DNA of 64,000 nt from an uncultured bacterium (GCA_964607485.1 CAZSKP010000006.1:75344-139343), one strand, 5' to 3'. Positions 9,220-19,207 are shown, counted from the stretch's first letter. Notes: generated by a model from the sequence alone, not told the origin. Made by a program: numbers and translations.

Positions 9220-10212
9220 CTACTTCTCCTGCAGGGTTTCTTCGATTTTCATGCCGAAGTGGCGGCCGCCGGATTGGCGGTGGACGAGGACTTCAGTGCC
9301 TTTTTTGAGGGAGGCGACGGAGACGGATTCGCCGCCGGGTTGGACGAGCCGGATGGTCTCGGCGTTTTGCAGGATGGTGGTGACTCGCTTGCCCCCGACC
9401 TCGGCGACGACGAGCAGGAGCGGCCGCTTCTCTATCTTGCAGCGGCCGACGTTGGCGATCTGCGTGGCGCCCTCGTAATCGACCACCATCGCCTCTTCGC
9501 CGGTCGCGAGTTCCGAGAGGTACCTCGTCTTACCGTCGGGGCTGAGTATGTAGGCGTGGACGGGGCCGGCGTTGACGCGGAACGGTCTCGCGGCGACGTA
9601 GGGGTTCTCTTCGGATTCCGACTGAACGAGGAAGAACGCGTCGCTCGCGTTGCCGATGAGCATTCCCTGGCCTCGTGTCATCTGCGTGCAGGTGTCGATG
9701 CACACGCGGTCGCCCATGCCGAGAATCTTCGTTTCGACGACCTTCGCCGTTTCCATCTCCAGTTTGGGAAGGAGGCCGTGGATGATATCGACCGTCTTGC
9801 GTACCTCGTTCGGGTCGTCGGTGCGAAGCACGACGCCGTCCACCCCTTTTTCGAGTATCTGGACCGCGGTCCTGGCCATCTCGGAATCCTTGACCTCGAC
9901 AAACAGGCCGCCCCTCTGGGCGATGAGGTTTTCGAGCGGGATGACCGTCCAGTCCTTCATGCGGAGGATAAGCTGTTTTCCCTTCGGAGCGCGGGCGGCC
10001 TTCTGTTCGTCGTCCTTCCCCTTGATTTCGAGGCTGAGGACTTCGTCGCCCAGCTTAATGTCGCCGTCGTCGGCCACGGTGGGTATTATCCCGAGTTCTT
10101 TGACCTTCGGCGTGTATCCCTTCGGGACGACGACCGCGTCGGCTCCGCACTCGAGCGCGCGTATGACGATATCCTTATTCCATGGGTCGGCGTTCACCCA
10201 TATCTTCTTCAT
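9220..10212 (-). CDS. aroB': 3-dehydroquinate synthase II (archaeal-type AroB')
   Basis: DWTVIPLENLIA, GDRVCIDTC, RPFRVNAGPVHAY, KIEKRPL, LQNAETI, GRHFG. Confidence 0.93.
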   Translation of the reverse strand: MKKIWVNADPWNKDIVIRALECGADAVVVPKGYTPKVKELGIIPTVADDGDIKLGDEVLSLEIKGKDDEQKAARAPKGKQLILRMKDWTVIPLENLIAQRGGLFVEVKDSEMARTAVQILEKGVDGVVLRTDDPNEVRKTVDIIHGLLPKLEMETAKVVETKILGMGDRVCIDTCTQMTRGQGMLIGNASDAFFLVQSESEENPYVAARPFRVNAGPVHAYILSPDGKTRYLSELATGEEAMVVDYEGATQIANVGRCKIEKRPLLLVVAEVGGKRVTTILQNAETIRLVQPGGESVSVASLKKGTEVLVHRQSGGRHFGMKIEETLQEK

Positions 10213-10215
10213 CGT

Positions 10216-11010
10216 CTATTTCTCCAACACTTTCTTCGCCTGCTTGGCGGTTGCCCCGTCGTGCACCACTTTGCCGATGGCCTCGACAATCTTCTCGGGC
10301 TTCTTATGTTGAAACGCGTTTCGGCCTATCGACACGCCCACGGCTCCCGCCTTGAGCGCATGTTCGACCATCGTGAGAAGCTGCGTCTCGGTCTCCATCT
10401 TCTCGCCGCCCGCGATGACGACGGGAACGGGGCAGCCCGCGACGACCTGCTTGAACGAATCGACGCTGCCCGTGTAGTTGCATTTGACGATGTCGGCGCC
10501 CAGCTCGGCCCCGACGCGCGCCGCATGCTTCACGTATTTCACGTCGTATTCGCTCTCAATTTTCCTGCCGCGCGTGTACATCATCGCCACCAGAGGCATG
10601 CCCCACTGGTAACAGGCCTTGGAGACTTGGCCGAAGTACTCCAACATCTCGGTGTCTCTCTCCGCGCCGAGGTTGATGTGGATACTGACGGCGTCGGCCC
10701 CCAGCCTGATCGCTTCCTCCACGGTACAGACCGGAACCTTCGTGTTGGGGTCGGGGCTCAACGAGGTGCTGCCGGACAGATGGATGATGAGACCGACGTC
10801 TTTTCCGCTGCCGCGATGGCCTGCGCCGACTATACCCTTATGAATGATGATGGCGTTGGCGCCGCCCTCGGTGACCTTGTTTATCGTCGTCCTCATATCT
10901 ACGAGGCCCTCGATAGGCCCCATCGTCGTGCCGTGGTCCATGGGCACGATCACCGTCCTGCCAGAATTTCTGTCGATGATCCTTTCGAGCCTTATCTTTT
11001 TTCCTATCAT
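10216..11010 (-). CDS. aroA': 2-amino-3,7-dideoxy-D-threo-hept-6-ulosonate synthase (DhnA-type aldolase, AroA')
   Basis: [34 protein letters not shown] (Schiff-base Lys), GRNAFQ; adjacent to DHQS II. Confidence 0.88.
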   Translation of the reverse strand: MIGKKIRLERIIDRNSGRTVIVPMDHGTTMGPIEGLVDMRTTINKVTEGGANAIIIHKGIVGAGHRGSGKDVGLIIHLSGSTSLSPDPNTKVPVCTVEEAIRLGADAVSIHINLGAERDTEMLEYFGQVSKACYQWGMPLVAMMYTRGRKIESEYDVKYVKHAARVGAELGADIVKCNYTGSVDSFKQVVAGCPVPVVIAGGEKMETETQLLTMVEHALKAGAVGVSIGRNAFQHKKPEKIVEAIGKVVHDGATAKQAKKVLEK

Positions 11011-11084
11011 GGCGGATCCTTTCTCTGCGACGTCGTATAGCTCGATTTCTAAACACGCGTCGAATAATGACAAAACAAAAACAT

Positions 11085-11113
11085 ATTCTACTCCTTTATC
11101 ATCCAAAATTCAA
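11085..11113 (-). promoter_or_regulatory. Promoter of the aroA'-aroB' operon
   Basis: TTGAAT, 17 nt, TAGAAT on the minus strand. Confidence 0.6.
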
Positions 11114-11277
11114 TTTTCCTAAGGAACAACGGAAATTTGCCCGAAAAACCGTGAATCCTTTCCCACGAGCCGGGCGCAATTCGCTTGCGATTCACGCCGC
11201 AGCGACCGGGTCCGATTTGCTAATCCTACTGCTGAGATTTGACACCAGTTGATCGGGCAGGATTCGTCGTTGAGGTC

Positions 11278-11778
11278 TCAAAAGAAGAATTTGAAATCTC
11301 TGAAGCAGTTTCCATTCGTGTGCAACAGGCAGCCCTTTATTTGAGGATACACTTCGTATTCTATCGCCAGTCCGTCGAACCAGCCTGCCATCCTGGCGAA
11401 TATGCCGCAGTCGTATCCGTCAATGGCCCCCATCTTCTTGATCCCCTCGTAGGCGAAGCATCGATTCGTCTCGATGTGCAGAATATTCTCTGTGCCGAGG
11501 TCGAAGGCGAAATCCATGAAATCGCCTCTGACCACGTCGAATCCCTCGTCAATGAGCTCCTTGAGTTCCTCGAAGGTCTCGATTTTTTCTATGCCGAGGG
11601 CCCTCGTGATCTTCTTTGCCTCCGCTGCGCCTATCGCTCTCGCTGCCGCCTGATTTATCTTGCTGGTCTTCTCGGCGCCGCATTCCTGCAAGCAGTGGTA
11701 GAACCACAACCCATCGTGGGTCATCCAGCACCTGACCAGGAGCTCCTTGAGTTCCTTTTTATCCAATGATCTCATCAT
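11278..11778 (-). CDS. DUF6125 / ATC-hydrolase-like (V4R-like) protein
   Basis: WMTHDGLWF motif and conserved Cys (CFAY, YDCG, CLL, CFR). Confidence 0.6.
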   Translation of the reverse strand: MMRSLDKKELKELLVRCWMTHDGLWFYHCLQECGAEKTSKINQAAARAIGAAEAKKITRALGIEKIETFEELKELIDEGFDVVRGDFMDFAFDLGTENILHIETNRCFAYEGIKKMGAIDGYDCGIFARMAGWFDGLAIEYEVYPQIKGCLLHTNGNCFRDFKFFF

Positions 11779-12022
11779 GCATGCTCCTCTCATTCCGACT
11801 GGCTAAATCACGGCTGAGAGCATATCGAAAAGTGAAGACACTCCCGTCCGGGGAGATGGAGAAGACGGCACAGTCTCGCCAAGCGAGCACCGTCTTCCCC
11901 ATCCCGGAGTATGATGTCACGCGCTGCCTGTGCGTTCACATATTCCTTGCTTTGCACAGAGAATCAGTTTCGTCCAAATGAGCAGCGTATAGGGATTTCT
12001 GCAAAATCCTCCAGCGGCCTCA

Positions 12023-13102
12023 TCAATCCACTGTGAAATTCATCCCGCGCTCGGCGGCGCGCTTCAGGCTCCAATCCATCAGGTTTGCGGGGGGCTTGTC
12101 ATGTTCGGACTCCGGTTTTCGGACGAGCTTGATCGACTCCGTCGGGCACGTCGGCGCGCAGACCCCGCATCCGATACAGCGCTCAGCCAGCACGCGGTAA
12201 GCGCCGTTCTCTTCGACAATCGCATCCATCGGGCAGCGCTCGTCCGCGCATACGCCGCAAACGGAACAACTCTCCTGGTCTATCGCGGCCACGAAATGGC
12301 TCTTCGCGATCATGTTTGGGGACTTGAACTCCTTGATGGCGCGCATTCCCGCGCAGCAGCAGGAGCAGCAGTTGCACACAAATATCTGTCCCTTTTGGAC
12401 GTTGTAGGTGCAGTGTACCAGTCCCTCCTCCTCGGCGTCCTTTATGACCTTCAGCGCCTCTTCCTTGGAAATGACCCTTCCTCTCAGGTAGTTCTCATGG
12501 TAGGCATCCTCCTCGGGGGAGAAGAATAAGCACGCCTCCAATGTGTGGCCGCATCCTTTACCCTCCAGGGTGCGCTCTTTTCGACAGATGCAATCCGTCA
12601 CCTGGAACGATTTTGCCTCCTCGATCATCCGGCGCACGTCCTCGTATCTGTGTACGTGAAGGTCTTGCTTGATCTCGGTGCTCACGGGCACCACGCGTGC
12701 CAACGACGGTTCGAATCCTCCCAGCGTTTCGACCAGCTTAGGCATGTACTCCTCGAAGAGCTCAGCAAACTGCTTGTCCATCCGATTCAACTGTAGCTCG
12801 TAAAGGCCTATTATGAATGGGAGAAACACGTACACATGCTGCCCGGCTATCTTGGCGGCCGCGATATGTCCTCTTCGGACCATGTCGTCCAGAATTTTCT
12901 GCATTTCGTCCACGGGTTTCCCGAAACGTTCTGCGATTGCCTCGACGGTCTCGGGCATGGGCTTTATCTTCAGGACCATCTCGGCTTCTTCGGGTGTGAA
13001 TATCTTCTTAAGAATCTTCAGTTCGACACCGCTGTCGGTAGCGGGGAAACCGTTTGGAAAGCCATCCAGTTTTTTTGCCAGTCGTCTGTAGACATCTGTC
13101 AT
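12023..13102 (-). CDS. 4Fe-4S binding protein with N-terminal HTH-like region
   Basis: GFPATDSGVELKIL N-terminus, CICR, CNCCSCCC, C-terminal ferredoxin CSVCGVC...CP / CIGCGVCAPTCP. GGAGG SD before the ATG at 13102. Confidence 0.85.
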   Translation of the reverse strand: MTDVYRRLAKKLDGFPNGFPATDSGVELKILKKIFTPEEAEMVLKIKPMPETVEAIAERFGKPVDEMQKILDDMVRRGHIAAAKIAGQHVYVFLPFIIGLYELQLNRMDKQFAELFEEYMPKLVETLGGFEPSLARVVPVSTEIKQDLHVHRYEDVRRMIEEAKSFQVTDCICRKERTLEGKGCGHTLEACLFFSPEEDAYHENYLRGRVISKEEALKVIKDAEEEGLVHCTYNVQKGQIFVCNCCSCCCAGMRAIKEFKSPNMIAKSHFVAAIDQESCSVCGVCADERCPMDAIVEENGAYRVLAERCIGCGVCAPTCPTESIKLVRKPESEHDKPPANLMDWSLKRAAERGMNFTVD

Positions 13103-13121
13103 GGTCTTCCTCCTTTGGTTA

Positions 13122-13142
13122 GAAAACCGCATGCGGGTTTTC
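13122..13142. promoter_or_regulatory. Palindromic operator candidate upstream of the Fe-S gene
   Basis: GAAAACCGCATGCGGGTTTTC near-perfect dyad, directly downstream of a minus-strand TTGACT. Confidence 0.5.
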
Positions 13143-13357
13143 AGTCAAAGAGCTGGATGATGCCGCCGCTCATCCCGCCGTCCGATATCCTCGCCGAAAA
13201 CGGGGTGTGCGAGGAATCGGCAGGCAATTATCCTCAGCGACTGAGAGGGCAGCGCGCCCTCGAAAAGCGTCTTTGGGCGAGGCCGAATCGCCTCTCGTCA
13301 CTGTAATCCCGCGCCGAACTTTGCACCAACCTTGCTATAATTCATGCGCCGTCCAAG

Positions 13358-13969
13358 CTACTCCTGCCCCTGCAGCGCCAGCCAGGCTGCGTGGGCCAAT
13401 TGTTCAGCGGCTTCGGAAGGCTTCATCCGCGCCTTTCCTGAAAGCCACACCCCCGCATACTCCTGGCATGGTCCGAAGAGGATTGAAAAAACAATTTCCG
13501 GAGGCAGGCGCTTCACCGCCCCCGCTTCAATATGCGGTTGAAGCCAGTCGAGGAGTCGTTTAAAGAAAGGCCTGTTCAGCTCTGAGATCGAAGCCTCCGT
13601 GGCCTCCATGAAATCGGCATATCTCATCTGCCACAGGTAACGCGCCCAGTCCGGATTCTCCGTCACCCATCGGATATGAAAACCGATGATCGCGTACACG
13701 CCTGCGCGTGCCCCCTGATTTTGGTCAAGCTCGGCGAGGAGACCGGCCTGGTAAGCTTTCAACCCTTCAAGGTAAACAGCGGCGGCAAGCATCTCTTTGT
13801 TCGAGAAATGATGATAGATGCTGCCGTTACTCGCTCTTGCTCGCCGACAGATGTCTTCCATCGTCGTATTGGAGAAGCCGAGTTCAACAAAACAGCCTAA
13901 GGCCGCCTGTATGATCTTCTGCTTGCGCTTCGGGGTTCTTGCGTGGCTTATACGTACCTTTCTCGGCAT
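13358..13969 (-). CDS. TetR/AcrR family transcriptional regulator
   Basis: GFSNTTMEDICRRARASNGSIYHHFSNKE helix-turn-helix. Confidence 0.93.
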   Translation of the reverse strand: MPRKVRISHARTPKRKQKIIQAALGCFVELGFSNTTMEDICRRARASNGSIYHHFSNKEMLAAAVYLEGLKAYQAGLLAELDQNQGARAGVYAIIGFHIRWVTENPDWARYLWQMRYADFMEATEASISELNRPFFKRLLDWLQPHIEAGAVKRLPPEIVFSILFGPCQEYAGVWLSGKARMKPSEAAEQLAHAAWLALQGQE

Positions 13970-13975
13970 ATTATA

Positions 13976-14004
13976 ATTATACTCTAGAATCTTATTCTTG
14001 TCAA
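13976..14004 (-). promoter_or_regulatory. Perfect consensus promoter of tetR with a dyad in the spacer; leaderless
   Basis: TTGACA, 17 nt, TATAAT, then 6 nt to the ATG. AGAAT-CTT-ATTCT dyad at 13986-13998. Confidence 0.8.
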
Positions 14005-14262
14005 TATATAAATTACTATAAATTAGTCCTTTAAATAATTAAAGAGAAGTCAATGTTCCGTCTCCGCGACGTTCTCGGGCGGAAGATGGCAGGACGGAAC
14101 CTCGGGACGATGCCGCAAAATGATCACTATACGGTTTGCGAACGCACACCAGTGGGACTCCGGAACGCCGGAAGGATCTTCGGGCTGTGCGGACAACCGC
14201 AGGATGCATGCGCAGGCGTTTCAATTCCAGCCGCGCATGCCGAGCCATGCTTCGAGGTCAAG

Positions 14263-14291
14263 TTGCAAAAACGAGAGCGAAGTGGTAAAAT
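14263..14291 (+). promoter_or_regulatory. Promoter of the tat operon
   Basis: TTGCAA, 17 nt, TAAAAT with extended TG. Confidence 0.55.
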
Positions 14292-14413
14292 GTAAATTGT
14301 TGTTAAGTTTGCACTTGAGACTTCTGGGCGTCGCTGCGCGCCGGAGACGCCCGACGGTTTTTCGCAGACTGAAGCGATAAGTTGCCGACATTGAAACAGG
14401 GAGGTGAACCGAT

Positions 14414-14623
14414 TTGCTTGGCTGGCAGGAACTGATAATCATCTTAGTCATCGTGATGCTCATCTTCGGGACAAGCAAGATCAGCGGTATCGGTAAGTCG
14501 CTGGGCACGGCGATACGCGATTTCAGAGACAGCATGAAGGGCGAGCCTTCGGAAGAGAACAAGTCGCCCGAACAAAGCCCCAACGAAGAAAATCCGAAGG
14601 ACGCTGGCAAGTCAAATGAATGA
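14414..14623 (+). CDS. tatA: Twin-arginine translocase TatA
   Basis: GWQELIIILVIVMLIFGTSKI...GKSLGTAIRDFR; TTG start after GGAGGTG. Confidence 0.92.
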   Translation: MLGWQELIIILVIVMLIFGTSKISGIGKSLGTAIRDFRDSMKGEPSEENKSPEQSPNEENPKDAGKSNE

Positions 14624-15332
14624 TGTGAAGATGACCTTCACCGAGCACCTCTCGGAGCTCAGGGTTCGCTTGGTGAAGGGACTCGTTGCGATTGCCGTTT
14701 TCTCGGTGGCCGGTTACATTTTTCGTGGAGCCGTACTTGAGGTTATCAAGAAGCCGCTCGGCGAAACGGTTCCTCTTCACGCGTTCGACCTCTTCGAACA
14801 GTTCTTTGCTTCTCTGAGGATTGCCGTTTACACCGGCATATTCTTCGGGTTGCCTTTCCTCATTTATCAAATCCTGATGTTTTGTCTGCCCGCGCTCAGG
14901 CCAAACGAGAAGAAGGTCATCGTCGTCGGGCTGTGTTTCGGCGTCTTCCTTCTTTACGGCGGCATAATTTTTTCGTACCTTCTGATACTACCGTTGCTGA
15001 TACCACAGCTCTCGGGTTTCTTTTCGACGGGGGTGGAGCAGACGTTTTCGCTGAATATGTACATAAACAAAGTCTTCCGATTCATCATAGCCTTTGGCCT
15101 GGGGTTTCAGCTCCCCATAGTCCTGATCATCCTCGTCCGCATCGGCGTGATATCGGTTGAAGGGTTGAGGAAGAACAGGAAGTATATGATAATCGGAATT
15201 TTTGTGATGGCGGCAATACTCACGCCCCCCGACATGATATCTCAATTGCTGCTGGCCGTCCCCCTCTTGGCGCTTTACGAACTAAGCATCTGGGTATCAG
15301 TGCTGCTTGAAAGGGGGAAGCACACGTCATGA
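14616..15332 (+). CDS. tatC: Twin-arginine translocase TatC
   Basis: MTFTEHLSELRVRL, PALRPNEK, FQLP, AAILTPPD. Confidence 0.95.
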   Translation: MNDVKMTFTEHLSELRVRLVKGLVAIAVFSVAGYIFRGAVLEVIKKPLGETVPLHAFDLFEQFFASLRIAVYTGIFFGLPFLIYQILMFCLPALRPNEKKVIVVGLCFGVFLLYGGIIFSYLLILPLLIPQLSGFFSTGVEQTFSLNMYINKVFRFIIAFGLGFQLPIVLIILVRIGVISVEGLRKNRKYMIIGIFVMAAILTPPDMISQLLLAVPLLALYELSIWVSVLLERGKHTS

Positions 15333-15694
15333 TGGGCATCGGGCCGATGGAGATTATCGTCATACTGATAGTGACCCTTATTGTGGTCGGTCCGGAGAAG
15401 ATGCCGGAGCTTGCCCGCGCGCTCGCCCGACTGATGCGCGACCTTCGCCATGCGATGAACGAGGTGCGCGACCAGTTCGATGAACTGACGCGGGAAGACC
15501 TGCTCGGCACAAAGGAAATCGATTCGTACTATCGCGAGACTATCGACAGCGTGAAGAAGTCGGTCGAGCCGCCGCCGGACGTGAAGGAAATCGGCAAGGA
15601 AATAGAGAAATCCATCCAGCAGGAAGAACGCCCGGAAGAGAAACCGAAAGACGAACCGAAGCAGGACACGCCGCCCACTCAGCCTTCTCCGTGA
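15329..15694 (+). CDS. tatB: Twin-arginine translocase TatB
   Basis: IGPMEIIVILIVTLIVVGPEKMPELARALAR. Confidence 0.9.
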   Translation: MMGIGPMEIIVILIVTLIVVGPEKMPELARALARLMRDLRHAMNEVRDQFDELTREDLLGTKEIDSYYRETIDSVKKSVEPPPDVKEIGKEIEKSIQQEERPEEKPKDEPKQDTPPTQPSP

Positions 15695-15771
15695 ACCCAC
15701 TTCCACATTCCCGATTCCTCCTCGAATCTTATCTCGAATTTCTTGCTGCTACAGGCAGGAACTCTTGAAGG

Positions 15772-17520
15772 TCAGAGCTTGTAGATAAAAATCTCCGGGT
15801 CTTGCGTGGGGGACTCCAGGAAGGCAAAATTGCCCGGGAATTTTTGAATCGGCTCGAGGTGTGCGAACGGCTCGTCGAACGCGGAGACGGGTTCCTTGTC
15901 GAGACGGTCCACCTTGAAGCGTCCTGCGACAAAGTACTCGAAGCCGAGCTCGCGCAGGTACGACAGGTTCACGTTCCGCTGCGCAATCGGAATCACCTCA
16001 AAAGCGGCGTCCGAAAGAGTGGGAAGATGGAAGTGCAATTCGGCTGCCACCGCCGTTTTTGCGCCGGCCGGAATGTTCTGTTTCATCCATTCGGCGGCCA
16101 CGAGCCTTGTATCTCGATGGCGGTGGAGTTCCCATCCGTCTCTCAAGCTGGTCACGGCCGGGTAAAGCGCCAGAAGCACTACGATGGCTGCCGGCAGGAA
16201 GCGAAGCATGGACGATTTTCTTCCCGGCCTGAAAAGGCCCAGTGGGACGGCGGCAAATAGTGCGAGAAACGGAACGACGGGCATCATGTTTCTGGAGAAA
16301 GCCGAAGTCTGCACAGACATGTAGCAATAATACAAGAGAGGGAAGCTGACAAGGAAGGCCGCCTTCTTACGCCATTCTCTGGAGAATAATCCATACGCGA
16401 CCCCTGCGAGTGCCAGGATGGAGAGAATCTTGAGGCCCAACGCTTCCGAAAAGAGCCAACGGGCGTAGAAGAGCCAGTTGCTCTCCATGGGGCTGCCCCT
16501 GAATTTTGTCGCCCCATACAGGCGGGCAACGTAGCCCAGGTCGTTGACGAAACGGTTCATGTCGAAGAGCGCAAACGGAGTCGCCACGAAAAATCCCAAG
16601 GCGATGAAGATCACGCCGACCGCAGTTTTGAACGCGGCGTGGCGCCTGACGGTGATCGACGCCAGCGCGGCGAACAGGTATGGAACGACCACCGGAAACA
16701 CGTTGTATTTCGTCGATATCGCCAGTCCACAGGCCGTAGCCGCGAAGCAGTACTCGAGCCAGGAGTCTTCCTGCAGCACCCGTGCGCATAGATACACCGC
16801 GAGGACGACCATGAACGCCGCGGGGACATCAACCGCGACAAGGTTCGACTGGGCGATGTGGCCGGGACTCACGGCCAGAAACAGGGCCGACGCCAGCGCG
16901 ATGTTCTTCTTCTTGAAAAGCGAGCGAGCCAACATGTACAGGACGACGACGGTCAATGCGCCCACTACGCAGGTCAGGATTCGGCCCCAGAGGTAAAGCT
17001 CGGGCGTCGTGATAGACCAGCCGCCGAAGTAGTGGATGTCGTCCAATGAGGTTATCGCACCCCGTGAAACCTTGAAGAGGAAGAAAAGGAGGACCACGAT
17101 GAATTGCAGATAGATGACGAGGGAGGGATAGTGGAAATAGTGAGGGTTGAAGTCGCCCGTCTTGAGCATCTGGACGGCTCGATACATGAAGTGAAACTCG
17201 TCGTAGTGGTAGAGATACGGCAGCCCGAAATCGGCTCGGAGCACCCGGAGAAACAGCGCCAGCAGAAAAATCGCCAGTATCGCCCAGTGTTCCCTGAGAA
17301 TCCCGGCCGGCGCGCTTGGAGGAACCGAGGCTTCCCGTTCTTTTTCGACCGAGCGAAGCGCACGATAGGCTTCGCGAGCGGACAGGATATCGTTCAACTC
17401 CTGCGCATCGCTGAATTTCCCTGCCAGGTCGGGGCGGGCCTTCCTGAGATACTCGAGAAAGTCCTCGCCGTCCCCAAATTCTTTGGGGAAATCCTTGCCT
17501 CTATTGTTTTCCTCGCCCAT
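15772..17520 (-). CDS. PMT/ArnT-like GT-C glycosyltransferase with N-terminal soluble extension
   Basis: FGLPYLYHYDE, DFNPHYFHYPSL, STKYN, many TM helices. Confidence 0.8.
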   Translation of the reverse strand: MGEENNRGKDFPKEFGDGEDFLEYLRKARPDLAGKFSDAQELNDILSAREAYRALRSVEKEREASVPPSAPAGILREHWAILAIFLLALFLRVLRADFGLPYLYHYDEFHFMYRAVQMLKTGDFNPHYFHYPSLVIYLQFIVVLLFFLFKVSRGAITSLDDIHYFGGWSITTPELYLWGRILTCVVGALTVVVLYMLARSLFKKKNIALASALFLAVSPGHIAQSNLVAVDVPAAFMVVLAVYLCARVLQEDSWLEYCFAATACGLAISTKYNVFPVVVPYLFAALASITVRRHAAFKTAVGVIFIALGFFVATPFALFDMNRFVNDLGYVARLYGATKFRGSPMESNWLFYARWLFSEALGLKILSILALAGVAYGLFSREWRKKAAFLVSFPLLYYCYMSVQTSAFSRNMMPVVPFLALFAAVPLGLFRPGRKSSMLRFLPAAIVVLLALYPAVTSLRDGWELHRHRDTRLVAAEWMKQNIPAGAKTAVAAELHFHLPTLSDAAFEVIPIAQRNVNLSYLRELGFEYFVAGRFKVDRLDKEPVSAFDEPFAHLEPIQKFPGNFAFLESPTQDPEIFIYKL

Positions 17521-17888
17521 GAGTGAGTTGCAGCCGAGTAGTCATGACCCGTGCGTCGCGCATGTTCTCCTGGCGTTTCCAAGAGCGGTGTCGGCAGACA
17601 TTTGGCAAACATTCTAGCATATCGATACACTTCTGTCATTATTCCGTGACGCCGCGTGTTCACTTTTCGTAACGGAGACGGTGCGTTGCTCGATGCGCGC
17701 AAGTCCTTGACACCAGAAACTTTCGTGTGATAATATCGCTCTGGTTTCGAAAGTGCGGATGAATAGATTCGACTTGCTGCAAGCGCATCTGGTTGCCTGC
17801 GGGATGTGCGGAAGGCGTCGCACGGCGAGGTTGTTCACGCGCAGCGGTTCTGCTTGTGTCATCGGCAGAGAAAACTGGTAGGTAAAGG

Positions 17889-19148
17889 ATGACTAAGAAG
17901 ATATGCGTGCTGGGCCTCGGCTACGTGGGGTTGCCGACGGCGTGCATGTTTGCAATGCAGGGGCATAGGGTCATCGGCGTCGATGTGAAGCCCGAAGTTG
18001 TCGAGACCGTCTCGAAGGGGGGAGTCCACATAGAGGAAGCCGGCCTGAAGACGATGCTGCAGGCCGCGATAAACAGCCGAAACCTCGTGGCCCGAACGGA
18101 AGTAGAACCGGCCGATGTGTTCATCATCGCTGTTCCGACGCCGCTCACCTCCGACAAGCGGGCCGACATGAGCTGTGTCGAGCGCAGTGCACGCTCGCTG
18201 GTTCCCGTTCTCGCGCCCGGCAATCTCGTCATACTGGAATCGACGGTGCCGCCGGGCACGACTGTTGGCCTTCTGTGCCGAATCCTGTCGGAGTCGGGTC
18301 TGGAGCCGGGCTCCGATTTTCGCGTGGCTCATTCGCCCGAACGAGTGCTGCCGGGCAATATCTTCAGCGAACTGGTCTCGAACGACCGCGTAGTCGGAGG
18401 CGTGACACCCGAGTGCGCGGAGGCTGCGTCGGAGCTGTACAAGACGTTTGTGGAAGGAGAGATATTCCTGACCGATGCGACCACGGCGGAGATGGTGAAG
18501 CTCGTTGAGAATACCTTCCGCGACGTCAATATCGCTCTTGCAAATGAGCTGGCCTTGGTTGCGGCCGAAAACGATGTGGACATCTTCGAGGTCATTGCTC
18601 TTGCCAACCGGCATGCGCGGGTCAACGTCCACCAGCCGGGTCCCGGCGTCGGGGGCCACTGCATCCCGATAGACCCGTGGTTCATCATCGAAAAATCCAA
18701 CGAGGCGGGAGAGCTCATACGGGCTGCGCGGACAGTGAACGATTCGATGCCGGACAGAATCGTGGAGTTTCTGGAAGAGGTCGTCGGCAGCGGCGCCGAT
18801 AACAAGATCAGCGTTTGGGGCGTTGCCTACAAGGGAAATGTGGATGACACGCGTGAGACGCCGGCCGTTCATATAATAAACGACCTGAAGGAGCGAAACT
18901 ACAGGCTCGGGCTGTTCGATTTCCACGTCAAAAACTTCGACTTCGAGCTCGACAGCCTTGAAAAAGCGGTGACCGACGCTGATTCCATCCTGCTCCTGGC
19001 GGACCACAAGGAATTCAGATACCTCGACCCTCATCTTATCGGACAGAAGATGCGACGGCGGATCGTGATTGACACTCGCAACTGCCTCGACGCGGCAAAA
19101 TGGAAAGACGCGGGATTTGAATTCTATCATCTTCGGAAGAAGCTGTGA
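17889..19148 (+). CDS. wecC: UDP-N-acetyl-hexosamine dehydrogenase (WecC-like)
   Basis: GLGYVGLP, AVPTP, ESTVPPGTT, PERVLPG, KLVENTFRDVNIA, PGPGVGGHCI. Confidence 0.88.
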   Translation: MTKKICVLGLGYVGLPTACMFAMQGHRVIGVDVKPEVVETVSKGGVHIEEAGLKTMLQAAINSRNLVARTEVEPADVFIIAVPTPLTSDKRADMSCVERSARSLVPVLAPGNLVILESTVPPGTTVGLLCRILSESGLEPGSDFRVAHSPERVLPGNIFSELVSNDRVVGGVTPECAEAASELYKTFVEGEIFLTDATTAEMVKLVENTFRDVNIALANELALVAAENDVDIFEVIALANRHARVNVHQPGPGVGGHCIPIDPWFIIEKSNEAGELIRAARTVNDSMPDRIVEFLEEVVGSGADNKISVWGVAYKGNVDDTRETPAVHIINDLKERNYRLGLFDFHVKNFDFELDSLEKAVTDADSILLLADHKEFRYLDPHLIGQKMRRRIVIDTRNCLDAAKWKDAGFEFYHLRKKL

Positions 19149-19207
19149 CGGGGAAGACTGTTTGCAATGGCCATCGGGACGCTTCAATCGGGGGAAAACC
19201 AGACTGA

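Noticed and set aside
9211-11040. 609-aa plus-strand ORF
   Set aside because: Antisense shadow of aroA'/aroB'; no recognisable motifs, and expected in high-GC coding DNA.
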